The translations under genes and the position numbers were made by a program. The notes under the pieces are model-generated. The model worked only from the letters and a program-made list of their open reading frames with translations. It did no database searches and was not told where the DNA came from. DNA of 43,967 bases, the filler included, from an uncultured virus (IMG/VR IMGVR_UViG_2061766007_001416) (lineage: Duplodnaviria; Heunggongvirae; Uroviricota; Caudoviricetes). It is 3 parts of one record of this genome, joined end to end, with 100 filler letters (N's around TTAATTAATTAA, not from the genome) between each part and the next. Parts side by side here need not be neighbours in the genome. Positions count along the whole stretch, not along the records: positions 1 to 19,131 come from IMGVR_UViG_2061766007_001416; 2 more parts are not named here. One strand, written 5' to 3'. Shown one piece after another: positions 8,571-19,187 of this stretch (its first letter is position 1; the number at the start of each line of letters is the position of its first letter).

Positions 8571-9187
8571 GTAGAAAGGAATNNNNNNNNNNNNNNNNNN
8601 NNNNNNNNNNNNNNNNNNNNNNNNNNNNNNNNNNNNNNNNNNNNNNNNNNNNNNNNNNNNNNNNNNNNNNNNNNNNNNNNNNNNNNNNNNNNNNNNNNNN
8701 NNNNNNNNNNNNNNNNNNNNNNNNNNNNNNNNNNNNNNNNNNNNNNNNNNNNNNNNNNNNNNNNNNNNNNNNNNNNNNNNNNNNNNNNNNNNNNNNNNNN
8801 NNNNNNNNNNNNNNNNNNNNNNNNNNNNNNNNNNNNNNNNNNNNNNNNNNNNNNNNNNNNNNNNNNNNNNNNNNNNNNNNNNNNNNNNNNNNNNNNNNNN
8901 NNNNNNNNNNNNNNNNNNNNNNNNNNNNNNNNNNNNNNNNNNNNNNNNNNNNNNNNNNNNNNNNNNNNNNNNNNNNNNNNNNNNNNNNNNNNNNNNNNNN
9001 NNNNNNNNNNNNNNNNNGTCCAGCATTGGCAGCAGAACCCTGATGATAATCAAACTCTGACGGACGGAGCAACAATCACAAGAACGTTTTATAAATACAT
9101 GGAATGCAAGCAGGAAGACTGCGGAGCGTTCTACAACGGCAGATGTTACTATAATAAACCCGACAACGATTAAAAAGAGGTGAGAAA

Positions 9188-9300
9188 ATGGGCAAATATA
9201 GCTTTATAACATTTGGACGTGCGTTCAATTACGAAAAAGACGAAATTAAACACGCTCTAAACGGTGAAATTCTTGTTTCATGGGACGAAGAAGGCAGACA
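9188..9300 (+). CDS. Hypothetical protein, partial (second allele at 9697-9864)
   Basis: GAGGTG RBS; MGKYSF.TFGRAFNYEKDEIKHALNGE present twice. Confidence 0.6.
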
Positions 9301-9310
9301 NNNNNNNNNN

Positions 9311-10012
9311 GCGAAAGCTCCACAAACAAGCACCTTAGTACAATTGTCCCCAACTGTGATGATGAACTGGCTGTAGGCGATAAAGTCAAGGCGGTTACAA
9401 ACAATTATTATAAAGACATTATTATCAAGCTTCAACCCGATTCAAACGAAACAGAGTTTACAGAGGANNNNNNNNNNACGAAAGCTCCACAAACAAGCAC
9501 CTTAGTACAATTGCCCCTTACTGCGATGATACACTGGCAGTTGGCGATAAGGTCAAAGCTGTTACAAACAATTATTACAAAGATATTATTATCAAGCTTC
9601 AACCCGATTCAAACGAAACAGAGTTTACAGAGGANNNNNNNNNNCGACAACGGATATATCAGAGCATAATCAAAGCCCTAAAAAAGAGGTGAAAACATGG
9701 GCAAATATAGCTTTACAACATTTGGACGTGCTTTTAATTACGAAAAGGACGAAATTAAGCACGCTCTAAACGGTGAAATTCTTGTTTCATGGGACGAAGA
9801 AGGCAGACATTGGGAAAAAGCTTCAAAAGAAGAAACTGACAAAGTAATTCTTAAAGCTTTTGATNNNNNNNNNNCGAGCTTCCGGCTCTTACGATTTTCC
9901 TTAAAAAGGATACTCAGGTAGATGCAGAGTGGTTTCCGAAAAAACAGCGTCATGACATTACGGCGGCTAAATATTACGGCACCGCTCTCACAAATGCGGC
10001 AAAGGTAGTTAT
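9311..10012 (+). other. Stray allele fragments of the major capsid gene 3' end (9311-9467, 9478-9634, 9875-10012)
   Basis: Similar to 12930-13220 (NKHLSTI.P.C, GDKVKAVTNNYY, WFPKKQRHDIT). Confidence 0.8.
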
Positions 10013-10156
10013 NNNNNNNNNNATTGAGAACATCAGGTCTTGCATTAGATAGGATTTATGGCAGACCTACCCCAAAACAGTTTCAAAAATACATTCGATA
10101 TGTTGAAGAAGAACGAAGTAAACCAAGCGATTACGAATACGAAAAATATGACGATG

Positions 10157-10181
10157 AAGCACCCTAAAAAGGTGCTTTTTT
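10157..10181 (+). terminator. Intrinsic terminator after a partial ORF (10024-10167)
   Basis: AAGCACC-ctaaaaa-GGTGCTT TTTT. Confidence 0.7.
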
Positions 10182-10214
10182 CATACACAAAATTAACGAA
10201 AGCGAGGTAAAAAC

Positions 10215-10871
10215 ATGGATTTTCTCAAAGAAATTTTAGGCGATGAACTTTTTAAGCAAGTTTCCGAAAAGCTCAAAGCCTATAACGAAAACCCCGACAA
10301 CAAAGACAAGCAAGTCAATCTTGCAAATCTTACTGACGGCGGCTATATCCCCAAACAGCAGTTTGACAGCGTAACAGCCGAAAATCAAACGAACACTCAG
10401 AAGCTAACCGAAGCAAACGCTTTAATTGAACAGCTGAAAAAGTCCGCAAAAGGCGATGAAGCTCTTCAAACAAAAATCAGCGAGTATCAGATAAAGGTCG
10501 CAGAACTTGAAACAGAGCTTGTTAAGGCAAAAATCAATGCTGCCGTTAAGGTTGGCTTAATGTCTGCAAATGCCGTTGACGTTGATTATTTAACGTACAA
10601 GTTAGGCGAAAAGGGTGAGAAATTGGAACTGGACGAACAGGGCAATATAAAGGGCTGGAATGATAAAATATCCGCTCTTAAAACGCAGTTTCCCACAATG
10701 TTCACGGGACCCTCGGACGGCGCTTTTGACGGCTACAGACCTATCGAAAAAGGCACTAACCCCGATACGCAGGCGTTAACTCGTGCGGATATCCTCAAAA
10801 AGCCTTATTCCGAACGTGTTAAGCTTTTTAACGAAAACCCCGAAAATTACAGTCAAATCATGAAAGGATGA
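10215..10871 (+). CDS. Phage scaffolding protein (GP20-like)
   Basis: GGYIPK, coiled coil, NAVDVDYL; upstream of the major capsid gene. Confidence 0.85.
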   Translation: MDFLKEILGDELFKQVSEKLKAYNENPDNKDKQVNLANLTDGGYIPKQQFDSVTAENQTNTQKLTEANALIEQLKKSAKGDEALQTKISEYQIKVAELETELVKAKINAAVKVGLMSANAVDVDYLTYKLGEKGEKLELDEQGNIKGWNDKISALKTQFPTMFTGPSDGAFDGYRPIEKGTNPDTQALTRADILKKPYSERVKLFNENPENYSQIMKG

Positions 10872-10878
10872 TTAAATT

Positions 10879-11581
10879 ATGCCAGCAACAAAACTCGGTG
10901 ATATCATTAACCCACAGGTCATGGGCGATATGATTAACGCAAAAATCGAAGCACTTTGCAAGATTACTCCTTACGCAAAAGTTGATACTTCTCTTGTCGG
11001 TGTTCCCGGTGATACAAAGACCGTTCCCTGCTGGAATTATATCGGTGACGCAGAGGACTTTGACCCCGAAAACGACAACGGTGATGAGATCGAAACAACA
11101 AAGCTCACGGCGTCTTCAACCACATTTACAATCAAATGTGCAGGCAAATCCGTAAGTATTTTGCAGACAGCCATCAACAGCGGCTTGGGCGATCCTATAG
11201 GTCAGACTGAAACTCAGATTGCAAAGTCAATTTCCGGCAAAGTCGATAATGATCTTATTAATTCCGCTTATGCCTGTACAAACGTTGTTGACGGTTCAGC
11301 TGCCGCTGTCGGTTATAACGGCATTGTAACGGCAGTTTGTCAGTTTGAGGATGAAGAGGACAATATTGACAAGGTTATGTTTATTCATCCAAATCAGGAG
11401 GCTGCACTTTTGCAGGACAGCAGTTTCCTTTCTGCCGATAAGTTTACCGCAGGTGTTGCCGTTAACGGTTCAATCGGTAAAATTGCAGGCTGTTGGATAA
11501 AGAAGTCGAGAAAAGTCAAGCTTATCAAATACACCAAGGACAACACCAACGGCACAATCACCATTGTAGCAGACTCGACAA
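10879..11581 (+). CDS. Major capsid protein allele 1 (partial)
   Basis: TKLGDIINPQVMGDMI, GVPGDT, WNYIGDAED, KVDND. Confidence 0.9.
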
Positions 11582-11592
11582 NNNNNNNNNNA

Positions 11593-12213
11593 TTCAAGCA
11601 AATCTCCGAAAAGCTCAAAGCCTACAACGAAAACCCCGACAACAAGAACAAGCAAATAAGTCTTGCCAACATCACAGACGGCGGCTATATCCCCAAACAG
11701 CAGTTTGACAGCCTAACAGCCGAAAACAAGACGAACGCTCAGAAGCTAACCGAAGCAAACACGCTTATCGAGCAGCTTAAAAAATCCGCAAAGGGTGACG
11801 AAGCTCTTCAAACAAAGATAGGCGAGTATCAGACAAAGGTTGCAGAGCTTGAAACAGAGCTTGCACAGGCTAAAATCAACGCTGCTGTCAAAGTCGGCTT
11901 GATGTCAGCCAATGCCGTTGACGTTGATTATTTAACGTACAAGTTAGGCGAAAAGGGCGAGAAATTGGAGCTTGACGAACAGGGCAATATAAAGGGCTGG
12001 AACGATAAAATTTCCGCTCTTAAAACGCAGTTCCCCACAATGTTTACAGGTGCTGCAAACGGCTCTTTTGACGGATACCGTCCGATTGAAAAGGGAACTG
12101 CTCCCGAAACACAAACCTTAACACGCAAGGATATTCTCAAAAAGCCTTATTCCGAAAGAGTAAAGCTTTTTAACGAGAATCCCGATAACTACAATCAAAT
12201 AATGAAAGGATGA
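11593..12213 (+). CDS. Scaffolding protein allele 2 (5' partial)
   Basis: Highly similar to 10215-10871. Confidence 0.85.
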   Translation, partial: FKQISEKLKAYNENPDNKNKQISLANITDGGYIPKQQFDSLTAENKTNAQKLTEANTLIEQLKKSAKGDEALQTKIGEYQTKVAELETELAQAKINAAVKVGLMSANAVDVDYLTYKLGEKGEKLELDEQGNIKGWNDKISALKTQFPTMFTGAANGSFDGYRPIEKGTAPETQTLTRKDILKKPYSERVKLFNENPDNYNQIMKG

Positions 12214-12219
12214 TAATTT

Positions 12220-13245
12220 ATGCCAAACACAGCAACAAAAATAGGTGATATCATAAACCCTCAGGTAATGGGTGATATGATAAACGCAAAAATTGAAGCA
12301 CTCTGCAAGCTTACTCCTTACGCAAAGGTCGATACTACGCTTGTAGGTGTCCCCGGCAATACGGTAACTGTCCCCTGCTGGAACTACATCGGTGACGCTG
12401 AGGATTTTGATCCCGAAAATGCAAACGGTGACGAGATCGAAACTACAAAGCTCACAGCGTCTTCAACTACTTTTACGATAAAATGTGCCGGAAAGTCTGT
12501 CGGTATTTTGCAGACTGCTATTAACAGCGGTATGGGCGATCCTGTCGGTCAGACTGAAACACAGATAGCAAAATCCATTGCCGGCAAGGTCGATAACGAT
12601 GTTCTTATTGCTGCCGATTCAAGTACAAATGTTGTAGACGGCTCAACGGCTGCGATCGGTTATGCTCCAATAGTAACGGCTGTTTGTCAGTTTGAGGACG
12701 AAGAGGACAACATCGACAAGGTTATGTTTATTCACCCGAAGCAGGAAGCAACACTTCTTAAAGACAGCGATTTTCTCTCTGCCGATAAGTTTACGGCAGG
12801 TGTCGCAGTCAACGGCTCTATCGGTAAGATTGCCGGCTGCTGGGTGAAGAAGTCCAAAAAAATCAAGCTTATCAAATACGAGAAAGACAACACAAACGGC
12901 ACTATAACCATTGTGGCGGACAGTACAACCGAAACAACAACGAATAAGCACCTTGGCACAATACAGCCCAACTGTGAGGAAACGCTTGATGTCGGCGATA
13001 AGGTAAAAGCGGTCACAAACAATTATTACAGAGATATCATAATCAAAATGGAGCCCGATTCAAGCGAAACGGAGTTTACCGAGGATGAGCTTTCGGCTGT
13101 TACTATCTTCCTCAAAAAGGATACTCAGGTAGATCACGAATGGTTCCCGAAAAAGCAGCGTCATGACATTACGGCGACTAAATATTACGGCGTCGCTCTT
13201 ACAAACGCTGCAAAGGTTGTTGTAGCAAAATTCAAGGCTTCTTAA
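12220..13245 (+). CDS. Major capsid protein (HK97-fold, N4-gp56-like family)
   Basis: Complete 341 aa; INPQVMGDMI, YIGDAED, GSIGKIAGC. Confidence 0.9.
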   Translation: MPNTATKIGDIINPQVMGDMINAKIEALCKLTPYAKVDTTLVGVPGNTVTVPCWNYIGDAEDFDPENANGDEIETTKLTASSTTFTIKCAGKSVGILQTAINSGMGDPVGQTETQIAKSIAGKVDNDVLIAADSSTNVVDGSTAAIGYAPIVTAVCQFEDEEDNIDKVMFIHPKQEATLLKDSDFLSADKFTAGVAVNGSIGKIAGCWVKKSKKIKLIKYEKDNTNGTITIVADSTTETTTNKHLGTIQPNCEETLDVGDKVKAVTNNYYRDIIIKMEPDSSETEFTEDELSAVTIFLKKDTQVDHEWFPKKQRHDITATKYYGVALTNAAKVVVAKFKAS

Positions 13246-13261
13246 CAAGAGGTGATGATCG

Positions 13262-13789
13262 ATGATCATATCGGTTGAAGAACTGCTTGCTCTCCCCGAA
13301 TTTTCGGGGCAGAGTGAGCAGCTTTTGTTAGATAAGCTTTTAGCAGTTGAAGACCTTATAAGATCATACACCAACAATAATTTCCAAAACAGAGCAGTAC
13401 GCTTTGAAGGTGCAAGCATTTTTGACAGGGTTTACGGATTTTCTCCTTATCTTTGTGTGGGCGATACCGTTCAGATCACGCAGTCGCAGGTAAATGACGG
13501 CTTATATACTGTTTCCGATATCACGAGCGAGTATATTCAGCTTGACCGAAATGTTTTTGCGGTATCGTATAATCTTGTAACAAAGGTTGAGTATCCTCCA
13601 TTGATAAAAAGCGGTGTTATCGACATGTTGAAATGGGAGATTAATAACCGTGACAAGGTTGGTATCGAATCCGAAACCATATCACGACATTCCGTTAAGT
13701 ATTTCAACATGGACGGCGATAATGCCGTGATGGGGTATCCGAGATCGCTTTTAGGCTTCTTAAAGCCGTATATGAAAGCGAGGTTTTGA
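13262..13789 (+). CDS. Head-tail connector/adaptor
   Basis: IRSYTNNNF, GIESETISRHSVKY, GYPRSLLGFLKPY; synteny. Confidence 0.8.
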   Translation: MIISVEELLALPEFSGQSEQLLLDKLLAVEDLIRSYTNNNFQNRAVRFEGASIFDRVYGFSPYLCVGDTVQITQSQVNDGLYTVSDITSEYIQLDRNVFAVSYNLVTKVEYPPLIKSGVIDMLKWEINNRDKVGIESETISRHSVKYFNMDGDNAVMGYPRSLLGFLKPYMKARF

Positions 13790-13790
13790 G

Positions 13791-14132
13791 ATGATAGGCG
13801 GAAACATTAACGGCATTTTGCAATTAAAAAGCACGTCTAAAAACGCTATAGGCGAAGCTGTCACAAGCTATACCGACACGGTTGTTTTGAAAGGTTTTCT
13901 TGACCTTATGAGCGGCGATGTGCGGCGGATTGTTTACAGCGCAAAAGTACAGGAGTCAACGCATATTTTCATTTGTGATTACGTGAATTTGCCGCAATAT
14001 AACATAATTCCCGAAAATTGCAGAATGCTTGTAAACGGCATTGTTTACGAAGTGCTGATGATAGATAACCCAATGGAGCTTAATCAGCATTTGGAGATAT
14101 ATTTAAAGCTTGTAGGCGGTCAAAATGGCTAA
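13791..14132 (+). CDS. Head closure (stopper) protein
   Basis: KNAIGE, ESTHIFICD, IDNPMELNQHLEIYL; synteny. Confidence 0.8.
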   Translation: MIGGNINGILQLKSTSKNAIGEAVTSYTDTVVLKGFLDLMSGDVRRIVYSAKVQESTHIFICDYVNLPQYNIIPENCRMLVNGIVYEVLMIDNPMELNQHLEIYLKLVGGQNG

Positions 14133-14775
14133 TAATATCGAATACACAAACAACAGCGTTCAGGTAACGGCGGCGCTGAAAAATGCTGTAAAAAAATGGC
14201 TTTACGAAGCAGGCGGCGAGCTTCAGGCGAGAATTATCCGCAATTCACGAACAAGAACCGGACAGACAAAAGGTTCGTATCAGTATCATGTTGATGAAGA
14301 AAACGGAGTATGTACTGTTGGCAGTGCTTTGGAAAATGCAGTTTGGGAAGAGTTCGGCACAGGCGAATATGCNNNNNNNNNNAAGAATTCTTATCAATAT
14401 AAGGTTGATGAAAATAACGGGGTTTGTGTTGTCGGCAGTGCTTTGGAGAATGCGATCTGGGAAGAATTTGGAACAGGCGAGTATGCCGTTAATAATGACG
14501 GCAGAAAAAAAGGCTGGTGGATCAAGGTCGGAAACGGCAGAGGAGAGATACCGCAGTCTGTTGTGGATAAATACAAATGGGCTAAATATCGTTATGAAAA
14601 CGGCGATATAGGACACGGCAAAAAGCTCAGACGCGGCGGTAAAAGAGGACAGCTTGCGTATGTGTTTACATACGGAAAAAAGCCAAATAAGCCTATGCAG
14701 AGAGCTTTTGAAGCCTTGAAAGAGCCGATAGAAAGACAGCTTGAACGATTGCTTAAAGAAGAAACAGAGGGGTAA
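14125..14775 (+). CDS. HK97 gp10-like neck protein (two alleles joined at a gap)
   Basis: RTGQTKGS, NAVWEEFGTGEY repeated across the gap. Confidence 0.8.
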   Translation: MANNIEYTNNSVQVTAALKNAVKKWLYEAGGELQARIIRNSRTRTGQTKGSYQYHVDEENGVCTVGSALENAVWEEFGTGEYXXXXKNSYQYKVDENNGVCVVGSALENAIWEEFGTGEYAVNNDGRKKGWWIKVGNGRGEIPQSVVDKYKWAKYRYENGDIGHGKKLRRGGKRGQLAYVFTYGKKPNKPMQRAFEALKEPIERQLERLLKEETEG

Positions 14776-14779
14776 TTTT

Positions 14780-15145
14780 ATGGTTGGATTGCTTTCGATA
14801 ATAAATGAACAGCTTGCAGAGAATAATATCCCCTATGAGTTTTCGGAGTGGAAGTCTGCTGTAAGATACCCTTATTTTGTCGGGTCTTATGATGAAAACA
14901 GTTCGTATTTTGAGGATAGCCGCATTGAGGGTACGTTTACAATAGACGGCTGGTCGAGAAAAAGCTGTATCGAGCTTATCAATACAGCCGAGCAAATAAA
15001 AGAGATTTTCTCGGATTTTCAAAAAATACAAAACGGAAATATTTACTACATCCGTTTTAAAAATTCAATGCTTGTTCCGACAGGTATTGAGGATTTGAAC
15101 AGAATAACAATTACACTTGATGTAACAGAATGGAAGGGTGAATAG
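14780..15145 (+). CDS. Putative tail terminator/completion protein
   Basis: YPYFVG, GTFTIDGW; position before the major tail gene. Confidence 0.65.
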   Translation: MVGLLSIINEQLAENNIPYEFSEWKSAVRYPYFVGSYDENSSYFEDSRIEGTFTIDGWSRKSCIELINTAEQIKEIFSDFQKIQNGNIYYIRFKNSMLVPTGIEDLNRITITLDVTEWKGE

Positions 15146-15148
15146 TTT

Positions 15149-15727
15149 ATGGCACTTAAAAAGCATGGAATAACTTCACAGACAGTAGAAAACCTGATTT
15201 TAGGGGCAGGAACAATTTATAAAAATTTAACTTATGCAAGCAATGAGTGGACAGGAACCGTACTCGGAGCGACATCAGGCGGCATAAAATTTCATTATGA
15301 AGCTCAGTGGCTTGATATAGAGGTTGACGGCGCTACTGTGCTTGTAAAGGGAATATCAAAGCAAAAGGTAGGCGAATCGGCAACGCTTGAGGGTCAGATG
15401 ACAGAGGTCACCGAGGATATACTTGTAACGGCGCTTCACCTTGAACAGGCTTCAACGTCAGAGGATACGACATACAACAAGTATGTATCAAAGTCAAACA
15501 TCGACAGCAGCGACTATCTTACAAACATCGCTTATGTCGGAACTCTTTCAAACGGAAAGAATGTTATTATCATTCTGCCGAACGCTCTGTGTACGGAAGC
15601 TTTTGAAATAGAAACAAAGAACGCAGAGCAGACAACATTTTCGGTTAAGTTTGAATGTACGGCTGATCTTACAAACGATACGCTTGATAAGCTTGATATC
15701 AAGATTTACTATCCGAAAGCGACGTAA
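15149..15727 (+). CDS. Major tail (tube) protein
   Basis: LILGAG, LGATSGG, IEVDG; synteny. Confidence 0.8.
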   Translation: MALKKHGITSQTVENLILGAGTIYKNLTYASNEWTGTVLGATSGGIKFHYEAQWLDIEVDGATVLVKGISKQKVGESATLEGQMTEVTEDILVTALHLEQASTSEDTTYNKYVSKSNIDSSDYLTNIAYVGTLSNGKNVIIILPNALCTEAFEIETKNAEQTTFSVKFECTADLTNDTLDKLDIKIYYPKAT

Positions 15728-15746
15728 AATTAAGAGGTGAATAATC

Positions 15747-16193
15747 ATGGCTGAGATAATTTTTAAGGATTTTACTGCTGATAATCTGTTTGACTTCTGT
15801 GCCTTGCTTGACGCTGTGGGTGCGGAGGAAGTAATAAACGCTTTTGACGAAAAAGAGATCAAGGCTTTGCAGAGAGCCGAGGAGAATGTTGAAAAAATCG
15901 GCATTGTTATTTTGATGAAGATCGTAAAGATAATCATCAAAAACATTCCGAAGTCAAGAAACGAGATATGTATGTTTCTGTCAAACTGTACCGTATTTGA
16001 TAACGGTACAGAAACAACGGCTGATGATCTGCGCGATATGAAAATTGTCCCGTTTGCAAGGCTTTTAAAAGCATTGTCCAAAAGAGAGGATCTTGCTGAT
16101 TTTTTCGGGGAGGCTGCCGAATTGCTGGGTTCGGAACAGAAAAATTTGAAGAACTTATCAACAGGCGATACGCAGACCCAAAAGGATACATAA
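15747..16193 (+). CDS. Tail assembly chaperone (G-like)
   Basis: Between major tail and tape measure genes; DFF slippery motif. Confidence 0.75.
   Translation: MAEIIFKDFTADNLFDFCALLDAVGAEEVINAFDEKEIKALQRAEENVEKIGIVILMKIVKIIIKNIPKSRNEICMFLSNCTVFDNGTETTADDLRDMKIVPFARLLKALSKREDLADFFGEAAELLGSEQKNLKNLSTGDTQTQKDT
16100..16106 (+). promoter_or_regulatory. -1 ribosomal frameshift heptamer
   Basis: T TTT TTC in frame; -1 frame stays open to 16459. Confidence 0.75.
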
Positions 16194-16459
16194 ACGCTGC
16201 TATAAAGCGTAACAGGCTCGAAAAAGTGACCGACACTATTCTATCTCAAAACGAGGAAGACAAGTGTTGGTCGCTTTATTTGGCGGCTGTTTCAAATCCT
16301 GCTGTCGAGGTGGGTACTTTTGTTGAATTTATGAAAAGAATCAATCCTCAGCAAAGGGAAAAAGCTGTAAAAAAGCCTGTTGTAAGATTTGATGCAAAAG
16401 CACAGATAAGAAAAGCAGAAAAAATATTAGAGAATTTCAAACCGCCAAACGGGAGGTGA
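16106..16459 (+). CDS. Tail assembly chaperone frameshift extension (T-like)
   Basis: RGGCRIAGFGTEKFEELINRRYADPKG... is continuous with ORF 16226-16459. Confidence 0.7.
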   Translation, partial: RGGCRIAGFGTEKFEELINRRYADPKGYINAAIKRNRLEKVTDTILSQNEEDKCWSLYLAAVSNPAVEVGTFVEFMKRINPQQREKAVKKPVVRFDAKAQIRKAEKILENFKPPNGR

Positions 16460-16464
16460 AGTAG

Positions 16465-19131
16465 GTGGAACTGTTTAAAATATTCGGGAGAATTGCCTGT
16501 GATTATTCCGATGCACAAAGANNNNNNNNNNATTAAAAACTGTTTTTAGTGCAACAGAAGCGGCAGAGGCATTAAAGTATATGTCGCTCGCCGGATGGGA
16601 TGCTGAGCAGTCATCAGCAGCTTTAGGAGGTGTATTAGACCTCGCGGCAGCTTCGGGCGAAGACCTTGGAACAACTTCCGATATTGTTACTGATGCAATG
16701 ACTGCTTTTAAAATGCAAGCTGATGAAGCAGGGCATTTTGCAGATGTTTTAGCTGTTGCGTCATCAAATGCAAATACAAATGTTTCTATGCTTGGCGAAT
16801 CTTTCAAATACTGTGCGCCTGTTGCAGGGTCAATGGGCGCAAGTGTAGAAGATGTTTCTATTGCTCTTGGGTTGATGGCAAATGCAGGAATTAAAGGATC
16901 AACGGCAGGAAATTCTTTAAAGAACGGTTTGGTAAATCTCGTCAAACCAATGAAGCAACAAACAGAAGCGATGAAAAATTTAGGTTTGATAACTACCGAA
17001 GCAGTTATAAGTGTTGATCAAGAAGATGTTGCAAAAGCACAAAAGAAAGTAGCTGACAGAATAGGAGATTTGGAAAAAAAGCAGCTTGCTTATAATCAAA
17101 GTGTTGAAAAATATGGAGAGGAATCGGTACAAGCCAAATCAAAACTTATCGACATTGAAAAGGCAGAACGTAACCTTACTGAAGCTCAGAATGCATTAAC
17201 TAAAGCGCAGGAAGGTACTGTTGAAAGCGTTCGTACTAGCGGAAATGTTTTCGTTGACGAGAAAGGCAACATGAAATCATTAAGTGAAATCATGGCTATT
17301 CTGCGCGAACATTTAGGGGGCATTGAAGCAGATTTAATTGATGAAGAAGGAGAACTTCGTGATGTTGATGATGTTATTGAAGAACTTAGCCAAACCGAAG
17401 AAGGATTGACACAAGCACAACAATTACAGAATGCTGCAATGTTATTTGGAAAGAATAACTTAGCCGGAATGCTTGCCATAATAAATGCCAGTGAGGAAAA
17501 ATACAGCGAATTGACAGAAGCAATAAATAATTCCGAAAATGCAGCAGCTGATATGGCAGCCACAATGAACGACAACCTAAAAGGTGATCTTGCTGGAATG
17601 AACAGTGCGTTAGACGATTTAAAACAAGATGTATATGACAGCTTGGAAAAACCGCTAAGGAATACTGTACAGTTTATTACAAAAAAGGTTGCTCCTGTAT
17701 TGAAAGCATTAATACAAAATTTTGATAAGATTGCACCTCCTATTTTAATTGCAGCTACAGCAATTGGAACATTCTTGCTTGTCGCTAATGCAGGATCTAT
17801 ATTAACAGCTTTTACAAACGGTATAGGTCTTGTNNNNNNNNNNGGACAAGATGTTGAAACTGTTACATCACTTCTTGAAGCAATGGCAAACGGAGGCTTA
17901 AAGGGCAGTGAAGCCGGAACAGCGTTAAATGCCACCATGCGTGATATAACTAACTCTATGAATACCATAAAAGACAAAACCGATTTAGCTAAGTTGGCGC
18001 AGGATGAATTCGTATCATCTACAGGAGATTTAAATGATTTACTTGGTAAAAATTATATCACAATGGGTAAAACATTAATTCCGGTATCTGATGCAAACGG
18101 TAACTTTAGAGATTTAACTGATATTCTAACAGATGTATCAAAAGCAACCGACGGCATGGGAGATGCCGAAAAAGCTGCTGCAATGTCAAGTACGTTCACT
18201 TCATATTCAATTAAGGGCGTAAATCTTGTTTTGAATGAGGGCATTGATAAGGTTGCAGAGTATGAAGAAAATTTAAGAAAAGCAGATGGTTCCGCTTCAG
18301 ATATGGCATCTACAATGAACGATAACCTCAAGGGCGATCTTGCCGGAATGAACAGTGCTTTGGAAGAATTAAAGCTGAAAATTTACGATGGATTAGAAGA
18401 ACCGCTCCGGAATGCAGTACAGTTTATTACAACAAAGGTTGTCCCTGCGTTGACAGCGTTAATGCAGAATTTTGATAAGATTGCACCTCCTATTCTGATT
18501 GCAGCTACAGCAATTGGAACATTTTTGCTTGTTGCTAATGCAGGATCTATATTAACAGCTTTTACAAACGGTATAGGTCTTGTAACAAAAGCTTTTACAA
18601 CGTTGAACACAACACTGCTTGCTAATCCGATCGCTTTGGTTATAGCGGCAGTAGCAGCTCTTGTGGCAGCATTTATATACCTTTGGAACAACTGCGAGGG
18701 GTTTAGAAATTTTTGGATTAATCTTTGGGATAATATAAAAAAATATGCAGGTATTGCCGGAGAAGCTTTAGTTGAATTAATTAACAGTATTATTAATTTT
18801 TGGGCTGATGTAAATTTAAGTATTGCAGAAATATGGGGCAAAATTAAGAATTTTTTGAAAACGGCAAAAAAAGTACTGAATGATTTTGTNNNNNNNNNNA
18901 GAACAATCCTCAGCAGCATTGGGCGGTGTGCTTGACCTTGCGGCGGCTTCGGGCATGGGGCTTGGTGAAGCGTCTGATATGGTAACAGATTATTTGACGG
19001 CGTTTGGCATGGAAGCCGATAAATCTGCATATTTTGCTGATATGCTTGCATATGCACAGGCAAATAGCAACACTACTGCTTCTCAGCTTGGCGAAGCTTT
19101 TGGCAACTGTGCGGCAACTCTCCATGCAGGG
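16465..19131 (+). CDS. Tail tape measure protein (TP901-like core), fragments from at least two alleles
   Basis: GTG start MELFKIFG with GGAGGTG RBS; LDLAAAS, SNANTNVSMLGE, MANAGIKGS; segments recur across gaps. Confidence 0.9.
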
Positions 19132-19175
19132 NNNNNNNNNNNNNNNNNNNNNNNNNNNNNNNNNNNNNNNNNNNN

Positions 19176-19187
19176 TTAATTAATTAA
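19176..19187. other. Artificial contig linker
   Basis: TTAATTAATTAA (stops in six frames) embedded in Ns. Confidence 0.9.

Noticed and set aside
10879..12213. Apparent 444-aa capsid-scaffold fusion
   Set aside because: The fusion point is a 10-N spacer joining two alleles; assembly artefact.
19176..19187. TTAATTAATTAA palindrome (also 42919-42930) as a biological site
   Set aside because: Isolated within N runs and identical in both places; a six-frame-stop concatenation linker.
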